From the IMG/VR virus record IMGVR_UViG_3300034062_005626: a DNA stretch of 64,000 nucleotides, one strand, 5' to 3'. The DNA comes from a virus. Its lineage: Duplodnaviria; Caudoviricetes. The position numbers and the translations under genes are program-made. Shown here in pieces: positions 30,213 through 40,244 of this stretch; positions within the stretch are counted from its first letter, which is position 1; each line of letters begins with the position of its first letter. The notes below the pieces were generated by a model. The model saw only the letters and a list, made by a program, of their open reading frames with translations. It was not told the DNA's origin and ran no database searches.

Positions 30213-30929
30213 ATGAAAACTTATAAATATTCTACAAAAGAAAGAGCAGAAAGAGTTGCTAAGACTTTAGGATGTACAGGTTCACACCAACATACAGAAA
30301 AAGGTAAGAAGATTTTTATGCCCTGTAAGAGTCATGAAATATTCACAAAAAAAACAAAAAACTCAGAAGGTGAGGTTACAGAATTGGTAGATGATGATGG
30401 AACTTGGAACTCATCTTCTATACCTATTTTGAATCCAGCAACAACAGGGACAAAAAACAATCCGACAACCACAGATAAAATTGTTTCTATGAGTAAAAAC
30501 CCAAGAGACCCACTTTTAAGGGGTTGGTATGGTTATTATGGTGAGGGTCACGTAAAAGAAATTGATATGTCGAAGGCCTTTGGTTTTGAAGACACAAAAT
30601 TTATGGATGCAGAAGAAACTGAGAAATTTTTCAAAAAAGAATTAAAGTTAAAACCACAAAACGCAAAAGTAAGAACACTAGACCAAGGAAAGAAAAAAGG
30701 ATTAGATAAAAAAACACCCCCACAAATAAAAAAGAAAAAAGGTTTTATAGATAGAGAAATACTAAAAGAGTTGGAATTGGATGAGGAAATTTTATTAGAC
30801 AAATCAAGAAAATCAGACGATGGTGTTATTGGTGATTTAATTAAAAAAAATGTAAGAGCCCTTAAAAAAATGGCAAATGACAACAACATTTCTCTTCAAG
30901 AATTAATTTATATGTTAAAAGATGAATAG
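30213..30929 (+). CDS. Hypothetical protein with N-terminal Cys/His metal-binding-like module
   Basis: GCTGSHQH...FMPCKSHE; preceded by the TATTTAT motif. Confidence 0.45.
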   Translation: MKTYKYSTKERAERVAKTLGCTGSHQHTEKGKKIFMPCKSHEIFTKKTKNSEGEVTELVDDDGTWNSSSIPILNPATTGTKNNPTTTDKIVSMSKNPRDPLLRGWYGYYGEGHVKEIDMSKAFGFEDTKFMDAEETEKFFKKELKLKPQNAKVRTLDQGKKKGLDKKTPPQIKKKKGFIDREILKELELDEEILLDKSRKSDDGVIGDLIKKNVRALKKMANDNNISLQELIYMLKDE

Positions 30930-31386
30930 TTCATTATACGATAGAAAGGCAGTTGTACCCGACACATTGTTAAAACATTTAGAACAATGTTTTAGTTCGA
31001 CAGATGGTGACGAAGGAACCGAAGGGTATAATAGAAATAAAGAATTGCGTGAAAAAAAAGTTGCAACCTACCAACAAATAAAAAGAATAAAAAATTGGTT
31101 TGATGGTTACAACGGAAATAAAAAGGACGCCCCTTTTATTTTAAACGGTGGAGACAGAATGAAATCTTGGTGTGATGAGGTTTTAAAAACTTGGAGAAAC
31201 AGTGTTGAGGGTGGAAAAAAAGTTAAAAGTGATACGGGAATGCAAAACCAGTTTAACGACACTCATGAAAAAAATGGTATTAATTTAATACCAAGTAAAA
31301 GACATGAAAAGGGGGGGAATAAATTTGATACATCAATAAAAGAAGAAGTTAAAAAAATAAACTATTTAATTAAAAAAATATTGTAA
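30922..31386 (+). CDS. Hypothetical protein
   Basis: 154-aa ORF overlapping or abutting its neighbours in an operon. Confidence 0.5.
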   Translation: MNSSLYDRKAVVPDTLLKHLEQCFSSTDGDEGTEGYNRNKELREKKVATYQQIKRIKNWFDGYNGNKKDAPFILNGGDRMKSWCDEVLKTWRNSVEGGKKVKSDTGMQNQFNDTHEKNGINLIPSKRHEKGGNKFDTSIKEEVKKINYLIKKIL

Positions 31387-31679
31387 TGGCAGTTCAATCA
31401 GATAAATTAGATTTTTCGCAACCTGACAACACGTTGTCAAAAATTGCCGAAGAACAAAGAAGAAAAATGTTTGCTCGTAATGATTTCAAGGAAGTTAATC
31501 CCTATTCAAGTGTTAATCCCGCAGCATTAGCAGATGGTGATGGTAAAGGTAGAGGTACTGGTGGTGATTTAGATATATACAATCAAAATGCAGGAACAGC
31601 ACTTGATAGATTTGAAAGAAAAGACGATTTGAAAAGTAATAAATTTTCAGAAAAAAATCCTTATTACGTTCCACAATGA
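31386..31679 (+). CDS. Hypothetical protein
   Basis: 97-aa ORF, coupled starts and stops. Confidence 0.5.
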   Translation: MAVQSDKLDFSQPDNTLSKIAEEQRRKMFARNDFKEVNPYSSVNPAALADGDGKGRGTGGDLDIYNQNAGTALDRFERKDDLKSNKFSEKNPYYVPQ

Positions 31680-32065
31680 AATTAGTCAACAATCTTAGTG
31701 AATTGATTACAGAAATTGCTGCAATTTCTGACATGACGGATTCTATTAAAAAAAGAAACGTGGTGACAATTTATTATGATGGTGATGATAATGGAGGTAA
31801 AGGATATAGAACAATAGAACCTGTGTGTTTAGGATTTTCAAAAAGAGATAATATGGTTTTAAGAGCGTGGGAAAGAGAAGGTGCTTCCTACAGTGCACAA
31901 AATAAAGGTAATGTTTTACCAGGTTGGAGATTATTTAGAGTAGATAAAATCTTTACATATAAACCCTCCTTTGATAAGTTTGATGAAGTTAGACCTAACT
32001 ATAATCCACAAGGTGATAAATCAATGATTAGAGTTTTAGTTAACGCTAAATTTGATAATGAATAA
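31676..32065 (+). CDS. Stand-alone WYL-domain protein
   Basis: IYY...GYRTIEPVCLG...VLRAW...GWRLFRVDKI is a WYL-domain pattern. Confidence 0.7.
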   Translation: MKLVNNLSELITEIAAISDMTDSIKKRNVVTIYYDGDDNGGKGYRTIEPVCLGFSKRDNMVLRAWEREGASYSAQNKGNVLPGWRLFRVDKIFTYKPSFDKFDEVRPNYNPQGDKSMIRVLVNAKFDNE

Positions 32066-32078
32066 AAAATAAAAAAAT

Positions 32079-32714
32079 ATGTCATCAGCAGAAGAATTAA
32101 TGCAAAGATTGGCCGTGTCCAAAAAAATTATGGACAGACAGAGCACAATAAAAAGAGGTGAAATGCCACAAAATATTAATGCAGCACCAATGTTAGAGAG
32201 TTTTAATACTCCTCAAGCAACATATAACTTACCTCAAGAATTTTTGTCTGAAAGCCCATCGACAAGTCAAAAATCAAATTATGACCCAACAAAACCGATT
32301 GAAGAATCAAAAATTTTAAATTCAAAATTACCAGATGAAATTAAAAAATTAATGATTGAAAGACCTATAGTACAACCTAATACTATGTCAAGTGCGTCTA
32401 TATCTGATGATATAATCGAGGGGGCACAAAGGTTAATGAAAATGGAGAATAAAAACTCACAACCATCCGAATCATTACCAAAATCAAACACCAAAACAAC
32501 AACTCAAAACACACAATCACAATTCAACATGAATGAAATGAGAACAATGATTAGAGATGTTGTAAGAGATGTTGTAAGAGATGTTATTAGAGAAGAATTA
32601 CAAGATGCGGGTGTCATTAGTGAATCATCTGAAGATGCTAACGAATCAATCCAATTTAAAGTTGGTAAGCACATATTTTTAGGTAGAGTTACAAAAATTC
32701 AAAAGGTAAAATAA
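32079..32714 (+). CDS. Hypothetical protein, low complexity
   Basis: 211 aa; contains an RDVV repeat. Confidence 0.5.
   Translation: MSSAEELMQRLAVSKKIMDRQSTIKRGEMPQNINAAPMLESFNTPQATYNLPQEFLSESPSTSQKSNYDPTKPIEESKILNSKLPDEIKKLMIERPIVQPNTMSSASISDDIIEGAQRLMKMENKNSQPSESLPKSNTKTTTQNTQSQFNMNEMRTMIRDVVRDVVRDVIREELQDAGVISESSEDANESIQFKVGKHIFLGRVTKIQKVK
32553..32588 (+). repeat. 12-bp tandem repeat x3 (AGAGATGTTGTA) encoding RDVV-RDVV-RDVI
   Basis: Read directly from the sequence. Confidence 0.85.
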
Positions 32715-32737
32715 CTTTAAACAAAATCAAAAAATGC

Positions 32738-32768
32738 AATCCACCTATTTTAGGTGGATTTTTTATTT
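32738..32768 (+). terminator. Intrinsic terminator
   Basis: AATCCACCTA-TTT-TAGGTGGATT followed by a T run. Confidence 0.8.
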
Positions 32769-32805
32769 TATTACCTTTTGATAGGTCGGGACTATTTATC
32801 ATATT

Positions 32806-33753
32806 ATGGGGAAAAAAATTCAATTAGACGAAGAAGAAGTAGTCAAACAATATCTTAATGGTAAAAGTAGTTCAATTGTTGCGACAGAATTTAAAGTCTC
32901 CAAACCAAAAATACTCAGTATTTTAAAAAAACACAACGTAATAAGAAAAAAAGACAGATGTAAAAGTTTGAATTATAAATTAATCAACGAGTATTACGTT
33001 GTTGAAAGAATTTGCCCAACATGTAAGGAAATAATTCAAACTAAGTCAAAAAATAAAATTATTGCGTGTAGAAATCACTTTGTTAAAATTGACAAAAATT
33101 GTGATTGTAAAAATTGTTCATTAAAAAAACAAATAGGTAAAGGAAATCCGTTTTACGGAAAAAAACACGATGAAAAAACAAAAAATAAAATTTCAAAAAG
33201 TAGAAAGGGGAAGGCAAAAGGTTTTGAAAATGGAATGTCAAATCCTGACAATAAAAAAAGAGCTCACGATAATTTAAAACAAAAGTGGAATAATGGTGAA
33301 ATGGAACATGTTAGAAAAATGTTTTCAGAAACTATGAAAAATACTAGAAGGATGGGAAAAATAAAATCAATTAATAGGTCTAAAAAAGAGAAAGAAATAT
33401 TGGAAGAAATAAAAAATATGGGTTACCAAGTAAAACATTCATTAAAAATTGACACAAAAATATGTGACATATATATACCTAAATTAAATTTAATTATTGA
33501 ATATAATGGAGATTATTGGCATTGTAACCCAAAAAAATACGACGCAAGTTATTATCACCAAGTAAAGAAAAAAACCGCACAAGAATTATGGGAATATGAT
33601 AATAATAAAATTGACTTAATAAAAAGTAATGGTTATTTTTTTGAAGTGGTGTGGGAGTCTGAATTGAAATCAAACCCACAAATAATAAATAACTTAATAA
33701 AAAAACATGAATCAAGAGAGCAATCCAACTCCAGACGTTCGCAAAAAAATTAG
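32806..33753 (+). mobile_element. Free-standing homing endonuclease (HTH, Cys cluster, NUMOD3, DUF559/Vsr-like nuclease)
   Basis: NUMOD3-like GKGNPFYGKKHDEKTKNKISKSRKG; C-terminal CDIYIPKLNLIIEYNGDYWH...VVWESE; has its own TATTTAT motif at 32793. Confidence 0.75.
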
Positions 33754-34967
33754 GGTTCTATGCGTCCCTAGCGACCGTACTGGAGTTGGCTGAATTTAAA
33801 GGAAAATTTAGGTCTGTAGACCCCCACGTAATGTTACAAAATAATCACTCAGATGAATTTCACGTAGATATAGATTACGACCCAAAAATTAATGATTATA
33901 ACTATTGGAAACAATATGACATTGTCCATTTCCATAGGTCAATTGGTCAAGATTTTGACCAAGCGAATAAGTTAATTCAAACATTAAATTCTATTGGTGT
34001 AATTACAATTATGGATTTGGACGACTATTGGTTGCCAACTAAAGAACACCCAATCCATCAACTAATCATACAGAATAAAATAAATGAAAAGATAGTTGCA
34101 AACCTAAAAGTGGCCGCACACGTCACAACAACAACATCTTTATTTGCATCAGAAATATCTAAAATTAATAAAAACGTATACGTTCTTCCAAACGCAATTA
34201 ATCCAAAAGAACCTCAATTCAATCATGAAACAAAACCTTCAGATAAACTTCGTTTTGGATGGTTGGGTGGTTCTTCTCACTTACATGATTTAAAATTATT
34301 AAACGGTGTAACAAATAAATTAAAAGATAGTCATGACAAATTTTCATTGTATCTATGTGGTTTCGATACAAGAGGAAGTGTTACTGAAATTAATAAAGAA
34401 ACGGGGGAACAAAAACAAAGGCCGATAAGGCCAGAAGAAACCGTATGGGCACGTTATGAAGAAATTTTTACTGACAATTATAAGTTAGTTTCTCCCCAAC
34501 ATCTTGAATACCTGAAAAAATTTGAGGATTCTGAATATATTATGGAGTCTGAACCTTTTTACAATCGAGTTTGGACAAAACCTGTTACAAGTTACGCTTC
34601 AAATTATAGATTATTTGATGTTTCATTATCACCGATTGTGAATCATATTTTTAACCGAGTTAAGTCACAATTAAAAGTTATTGAAGCAGGTTTTTATAAA
34701 AAAGCAATTATCGCTTCAAATGTTGGACCATATACCATTGATTTAAAACATGCATTAAAAAATGGTCAGTTCTCTGACGGAAACGCACTTTTAGTTGATG
34801 AAGTAAAAAATCATAGTGATTGGGCTAAAAACATGAAAAAATTAATTGATAATCCTAACTTTGCTTATGACTTGGGACAACGATTGTATGAAACGGTGAA
34901 AGACACATATGATTTGAATATGGTCACAAAAAATAGAGCGGAACTTTATAAATCTTTAATAAAATGA
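33707..34967 (+). CDS. GT-B (GT4-like) glycosyltransferase interrupted by a 13-nt insert (segments 33707-33790 and 33804-34967)
   Basis: ATG at 33707 gives MNQESNPTPDVRKKIRVLCVPSDRTGVG-stop; the +1 frame continues KFRSVDPH...MDLDDYW...RFGWLGGSSH...KSQLKVIEAG. Confidence 0.75.
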
Positions 34968-35692
34968 TAAACATACCTATTAACAAAATTTTATTTATCG
35001 ACATTGAAACTGTTGGTATATGTAAGGATTGGCGGACTTGTCAAGAAAATCACCCAAAAATTGCTGAACAATTTGTTAAATACTTTGATTGGTTTTTAAA
35101 GAGATTTCCTGAAGATGATGTTGAGACAAATGGTCTTGAAGAAGAACTTCAAAAAATGAATGATGTTTATTCTTCAAGAGCGGCACTTGTTCCGGAGTTT
35201 GCTAAAATTGTTTGCGTATCAATGGCATTTGTTTTAGAAAACGGTGAAGTAAAAAAACAAACTTTTAAAAATGACAGCGAAGAGGATTTATTGTTGGAAG
35301 TTAGAAATTTATTAGACCGTTGTCACAAATTAGATTTTTATTTGTGTGGTCATAATTTAAAAAACTTTGACATCCCTATGTTGGCAAAACGTATGATTAT
35401 TAACAATATTATGCCATCAAAAATACTCCCGTCATACGACACTAAACCGTGGGAAGTAAAAGCAATTGACACAAAAGAAATTTGGCAATACGGTTCGTAT
35501 AGTTCAATTGGTTCTTTAGATTTAATGTGTTCTTGTTTAGATATTCCAACACCAAAAGATGGTGAAATAAATGGGGGTATGGTTCATCAGGCATATTGGA
35601 ATCAGAACAGACTTGATGAAATTGCAAAATATTGCGAAAAAGACGTTGATGTTTTGATTGAATCAATAAAAAAATTAAAAAGTTTAAAATAA
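34964..35692 (+). CDS. Stand-alone 3'-5' exonuclease (PolB exonuclease-like, DEDD)
   Basis: LFIDIETV, LVPEFAKIVCVS, GHNLKNFDIP, YCEKDV. Confidence 0.8.
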   Translation: MINIPINKILFIDIETVGICKDWRTCQENHPKIAEQFVKYFDWFLKRFPEDDVETNGLEEELQKMNDVYSSRAALVPEFAKIVCVSMAFVLENGEVKKQTFKNDSEEDLLLEVRNLLDRCHKLDFYLCGHNLKNFDIPMLAKRMIINNIMPSKILPSYDTKPWEVKAIDTKEIWQYGSYSSIGSLDLMCSCLDIPTPKDGEINGGMVHQAYWNQNRLDEIAKYCEKDVDVLIESIKKLKSLK

Positions 35693-36294
35693 TGTTTGAA
35701 AATATAAAAGATTTAAAAAATAGCATGAAAGCTTTAAAAGAGCTTCAATCTCAGTTTGGTAATGTTGACATGACAAACCCTGAAAGTATGTTGAAATCCA
35801 TGGGACTTAATGTTGATGAAATCAATCAACATTTTGAAGGTCAATTTACATCAGAAGTTAATTTAAATTTTGTAAATAATAGTGAAAATCAAAATCCTGA
35901 ATACGCATATAAAGGTGATTCGGGATTTGATTTAAGAGCTTCGGAAGAAAAATGGATTTTTCCAAACTCAAGAGTTTTAATACCTACAGGTTTAAAATTT
36001 GACATTCCTGATGGTTATGAAATACAAGTAAGGTCTAAAAGTGGATTAGCCTTAAATCAAGGATTATTTGTTTTAAATTCACCTGGCACGGTTGATAGTG
36101 GATACTTAGGTGAAATACAAGTTATTTTATTTAACACAACAACAGAAAAAGTTAAAATAGAAAAGGGTCAAAAAATTGCACAAGCGGTTCTTTGTCCTGT
36201 TGTTAATGGCAAATGGGTTAATTTAACGCAAATTTCAAATTTAGGCTCAAAAGACCGAAATGATAATGGATTTGGTTCAACAGGTTTAGTATGA
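35692..36294 (+). CDS. dut: dUTPase with N-terminal extension
   Basis: Motifs SGFDL, RSKSGLA, NSPGTVDSGYLGEI, AQAVL, RNDNGFGSTG. Confidence 0.92.
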   Translation: MFENIKDLKNSMKALKELQSQFGNVDMTNPESMLKSMGLNVDEINQHFEGQFTSEVNLNFVNNSENQNPEYAYKGDSGFDLRASEEKWIFPNSRVLIPTGLKFDIPDGYEIQVRSKSGLALNQGLFVLNSPGTVDSGYLGEIQVILFNTTTEKVKIEKGQKIAQAVLCPVVNGKWVNLTQISNLGSKDRNDNGFGSTGLV

Positions 36295-37931
36295 TTACAG
36301 TAGGATTTTCAACAAGAAAAATAGATGACAATTTTGTCTCGATGTTAAAAAAAACATCAGGAGTAAGTAAATTGGAAATAATACCAATCGAAAACAATGG
36401 TGTATATTCTCTTAGTGAAGCTTACAATAAAATTTTAAATGACTCCACTAATGACATTGTTGTATTGATGCATGACGACATTTATTTTGACAGTAAAAAT
36501 TGGGCGTCAAAAGTTTTAAATTATTTTAAAAGAAATTCTGACTACGGCATTCTTGGAGTTGCAGGTTCAACATCATTACCTTCTTCTGGTAAATGGTGGG
36601 AAGATTTTTCAAAACTTAAAGGAATTGTTAATCATGAACATGAAGGAAAAAAATGGGAGTCAAAATATTCACCAAGCAAAGGTAATCAGTTAGATGACGT
36701 ATTGTTAGTAGATGGGTTATTTATAGCAATTAATAAAAAAAATATTAAACACAACTTTAACGAAGAAGTTAAAGGGTTTCACTTTTACGATGTAGATTTT
36801 TCTTTTAGAAATTATTTAGAAGATGTTAAAATAGGTGTTATGTATGATGTTAGAGTCACACATAAATCGATTGGTATGACTAATGAACAATGGGAAAAAA
36901 ATAGAGAGGAATTTGCAGAAAAATATAAAGATGTTTTACCCGTTAAAATAAAAAGAAATCTTACAATCGATTCACCTTTAAAGGTATTATTATCTTGTTT
37001 ATTTTTTAAAACTTTTACAGGTTCAGAAATGTATGTTTATGAATTAGCAAGAGGATTAAAAAAATTAAATTGTGATGTTACGGTACTATCAGATATTAAT
37101 GGGCCTTTATCTCAATTAGCAAAACAACAAGGAATCAAAGTTGTTTCATTTCAAGATGCTCCTGGTTACAAAATGGGAGATGGAAAGTGGGGATTTAATA
37201 CACCACAAGGGTTTCAACCGACACAACCAAATGTAATGTATAAAATTGGTGATGTTAATTATGATATTATACATACCCAACATACTCCAGTTTCAAATCA
37301 AATGTGTCAGATGTATCCAAACATCGATAAAATATCAACAATACATTCTGAAGTCATAGAATTAGAAAATCCAATTATTAACGATTCAATTAAAAAATAT
37401 ATTTGCATTCGTCCTGAGATACAAAACCATATTGTCGAAAAATTTAATATTGATAAAAATAATACTGAAGTAATTTATAATCCAATCGACACAAAAAGAT
37501 TCAATTCAAACAATATTAAAGATGATAATTATGTTTTGTTTGTTGGTACAATTGATTATTTAAGAGAAAATACAATAAGAGATTTAGTAACATACTCCTC
37601 TGAAATTAATAAAGAATTATGGTTAGTTGGTGAAAACAAATCAAATTACTTGGATGATTTATTAAAAAATCCACACGTAAAACATTTTAACTCAACAAGT
37701 AAAGTTGAACAGTATGTTAAAAACTGTTCTGAAACTGCGGGTATTCTTTTGGGAAGAACGACTATTGAAGGTTGGATGTGTAATAAATCTGGGTGGATTT
37801 ACAATGTTGAAAGTAGTGGTTATATTTTAGATAAAAAATTACATACCCCGCCGACAGATGTTAGTAAATTCGACTCAATTGAAGTGGCAAAAAAAATAAA
37901 AGAAGAATATATTAAAGTTTTAAATGATTAA
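36291..37931 (+). CDS. Bifunctional glycosyltransferase (GT2-like N-terminal and GT4-like C-terminal)
   Basis: SLSEAYNKIL...VLMHDDIYF...GFHFYDVDF (GT-A); FTGSEMYVYELARGL...IYNPID (GT-B). Confidence 0.75.
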   Translation: MITVGFSTRKIDDNFVSMLKKTSGVSKLEIIPIENNGVYSLSEAYNKILNDSTNDIVVLMHDDIYFDSKNWASKVLNYFKRNSDYGILGVAGSTSLPSSGKWWEDFSKLKGIVNHEHEGKKWESKYSPSKGNQLDDVLLVDGLFIAINKKNIKHNFNEEVKGFHFYDVDFSFRNYLEDVKIGVMYDVRVTHKSIGMTNEQWEKNREEFAEKYKDVLPVKIKRNLTIDSPLKVLLSCLFFKTFTGSEMYVYELARGLKKLNCDVTVLSDINGPLSQLAKQQGIKVVSFQDAPGYKMGDGKWGFNTPQGFQPTQPNVMYKIGDVNYDIIHTQHTPVSNQMCQMYPNIDKISTIHSEVIELENPIINDSIKKYICIRPEIQNHIVEKFNIDKNNTEVIYNPIDTKRFNSNNIKDDNYVLFVGTIDYLRENTIRDLVTYSSEINKELWLVGENKSNYLDDLLKNPHVKHFNSTSKVEQYVKNCSETAGILLGRTTIEGWMCNKSGWIYNVESSGYILDKKLHTPPTDVSKFDSIEVAKKIKEEYIKVLND

Positions 37932-38661
37932 AGTTGTAAGTTGTTTTTGGAATGTTGAAAACTACATTGAAAAATGTATTAATTCGGTTAAATCTCAAAC
38001 TTATCGGGACTTTAAAATGTATTTAATTGATGATATGTCTAATGACAATACAAATCAAATCATAGAAAAATTAATAGAGGGTGATGAAAGATTTGTTCAT
38101 ATCAAAAACACTGAAAAAAAGTTCAAATTAAAAAATTTAGATGACTTATTGATGGATGAATCATTAATTGATGATGAAGATATTATTGTTGAGTTGGATG
38201 GTGATGATTGGTTTTATAATGAATTAGTTTTACAAAAAGTTTTTGATAGATATTCTAAAAACAAAAATCTTTGGATTACTAACGGTAGTTTTATATATTC
38301 TGATGGAAGAATGGGGTTTTCGGCAAAGGTGAATCCTAACACAATAAGACGTGACTTATTTGTTTTTTCCCATTTAAGAACTTGGAAAGCCCATTTATGG
38401 AGAAGCATAGATGAAGAAATGTTTTTAGATGAAAATAAAAATTATTTTAAATCAGGTGCCGACGTTGCGTACTCATTTCCTATGGTTGAAATGTCAGGTG
38501 AAAGTCATTATGAATTTATACCCGACATACTATTAGTTTATAATGAAGAAAACCCATATAATGACCACAAACAAGGTAGTGCTAGTGGTTCTAATCTTGA
38601 ACAGATAAAAGTATCAAACATGGTTAGAAATAAACAAAAATTAAATAAGTTAGTTAAATGA
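37924..38661 (+). CDS. GT2-family glycosyltransferase
   Basis: YIEKCINSVKSQT...IDDMSND...ELDGDDW. Confidence 0.85.
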   Translation: MIKVVSCFWNVENYIEKCINSVKSQTYRDFKMYLIDDMSNDNTNQIIEKLIEGDERFVHIKNTEKKFKLKNLDDLLMDESLIDDEDIIVELDGDDWFYNELVLQKVFDRYSKNKNLWITNGSFIYSDGRMGFSAKVNPNTIRRDLFVFSHLRTWKAHLWRSIDEEMFLDENKNYFKSGADVAYSFPMVEMSGESHYEFIPDILLVYNEENPYNDHKQGSASGSNLEQIKVSNMVRNKQKLNKLVK

Positions 38662-39470
38662 ATAATTTAATCTCGTGTAATTTAATGGGTGGTTTAGGTA
38701 ATCAATTATTTCAAGCGGCTCACGCATTGGCACAAGGAATAAAACACAATAGAGAAGTAGTTTTTGTACCTAAATCATGGACACCAATGCAAGGTAGACA
38801 AACTTCAAACTATATTAATAACGTTTTTAGAAATTTAAAATTTGTTGAGTCTATTGATGGATTTGAAAAAGTCGTTGAAGGTCCTTGGGAATATTCTGAA
38901 GTAAATCCAAAAACTAATAGTACAGTCTTTGAAGGGTATTTCCAAAGTAGTAAAAACTTTTTGGGGTATGATGAACAAATTAGAAATATTTTTTTTCCGA
39001 CTGAAGACTTTATAAATAATATGTATGATAAATATCCGCAATTAAAACAAGATAATACTTTATCCATACACACACGTAGGGGGGATTGTTTTTTTAATTT
39101 AGATATTCACCCTATTGCAAACGAAAAATATATTGAAAAATCGTTAAATGTTGTTGGGGAATACAAACATGTTTTTATTTTTGGAGATGATAAAGAATGG
39201 GTAAAAAATAACATTAAATTAAAAAATTCTACGTTTATCGAAAACCTTGAGGATTATGAAGAAATGTGGTTAATGTCTCTTTGTAATCACAACATAATAG
39301 TAAACTCAACTTTTTCTTGGTGGTCATCGTTTTTAAATAAAAACCCAAATAAAAAAATATTAGCACCTTCAATTTGGTTTGGTCCAAGAGGTCCTAAAAA
39401 TTACAAAGACATATACGAAGATTATTGGAAAATTATTGATGTGTCTTATAAAAATGGTTTTTTAGAATAA
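38658..39470 (+). CDS. GT11 alpha-1,2-fucosyltransferase-like
   Basis: GGLGNQLFQ, GYFQS, SIHTRRGD, LMSLCNHNIIVNSTFSWWSSFL. Confidence 0.85.
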   Translation: MNNLISCNLMGGLGNQLFQAAHALAQGIKHNREVVFVPKSWTPMQGRQTSNYINNVFRNLKFVESIDGFEKVVEGPWEYSEVNPKTNSTVFEGYFQSSKNFLGYDEQIRNIFFPTEDFINNMYDKYPQLKQDNTLSIHTRRGDCFFNLDIHPIANEKYIEKSLNVVGEYKHVFIFGDDKEWVKNNIKLKNSTFIENLEDYEEMWLMSLCNHNIIVNSTFSWWSSFLNKNPNKKILAPSIWFGPRGPKNYKDIYEDYWKIIDVSYKNGFLE

Positions 39471-39473
39471 CAT

Positions 39474-40235
39474 ATGGAATACTATTACACAAGATATGAC
39501 GGTAATGACGAAGAAGGTTTAGGTTCAATTTTACAGTCACAACTTCACTTATATGCGTATTGTAGGGTCAATAATAAGAAAATGTTTTTCCCTGGTTTAC
39601 AGAACATATCACATTACCAATATGTTGGAGAAGAAAAAGAAATTTTTAATAAAAAACTAAATGATTTTTTTAATATCCCATCAGAAGGGGAAGTTGGGAC
39701 AAACTATATTGAACCATCATATCTATTAAAAAATTGGGGTGAGTCTGAAAATTCTATAAAACAAAAATATATTCCTGAGTTATTTGAAAAAATAAAATAC
39801 ACAGGAATAAATTATTTTGATAAAAATAAAAAAACTTTATCCGTACATATAAGGAATATTAATCCTCAAGATGTTTGTTTTGATTATAACAGGGAATATT
39901 ATTCAGAAAATAAAAAAAATTATTTTATAAATTTAATTACAAACATACATAAGATTCACGGAAAAAATTTAGATGTTCATATTTTTTCTCAAGGTAAAGA
40001 TGAAGATTTTGAAATATTTGAAAAAAAATTTAATGCAAAAACACATTTGAATGGTGATATAGTAACAACATTATATCATTTAATTACAAGTGAAATATTA
40101 GTAACTTCGAATAGTTCTTTTAGTTGGGTTTCTCATCTTTATGGTCAAAATAAATATGTCTATTCACGTAACAATTTTTTTCATTCTTGGTACTCATCAA
40201 CTTTTTTAGTTGACAATTATGGTAATATAATTTAA
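39474..40235 (+). CDS. Fucosyltransferase-like GT-B protein
   Basis: EGLGSILQ, SVHIRN, HIFSQG, LVTSNSSFSW resemble fucosyltransferase motifs I-III. Confidence 0.55.
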   Translation: MEYYYTRYDGNDEEGLGSILQSQLHLYAYCRVNNKKMFFPGLQNISHYQYVGEEKEIFNKKLNDFFNIPSEGEVGTNYIEPSYLLKNWGESENSIKQKYIPELFEKIKYTGINYFDKNKKTLSVHIRNINPQDVCFDYNREYYSENKKNYFINLITNIHKIHGKNLDVHIFSQGKDEDFEIFEKKFNAKTHLNGDIVTTLYHLITSEILVTSNSSFSWVSHLYGQNKYVYSRNNFFHSWYSSTFLVDNYGNII

Positions 40236-40244
40236 GTTTATAAC

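Noticed and set aside
33786-33803. TTG start MAEFKG for the glycosyltransferase as the true N-terminus
   Set aside because: It would remove the first beta-strand and Gly-rich loop that are encoded upstream in another frame; kept only as an alternative in the main finding
33791-33803. Group I intron or -1 slippery heptamer (TTTAAAG) explanation for the insert
   Set aside because: 13 nt is far too short for a self-splicing intron and lacks U-down-arrow/omega-G boundaries; the heptamer lies beyond stop codons in the frames that could use it
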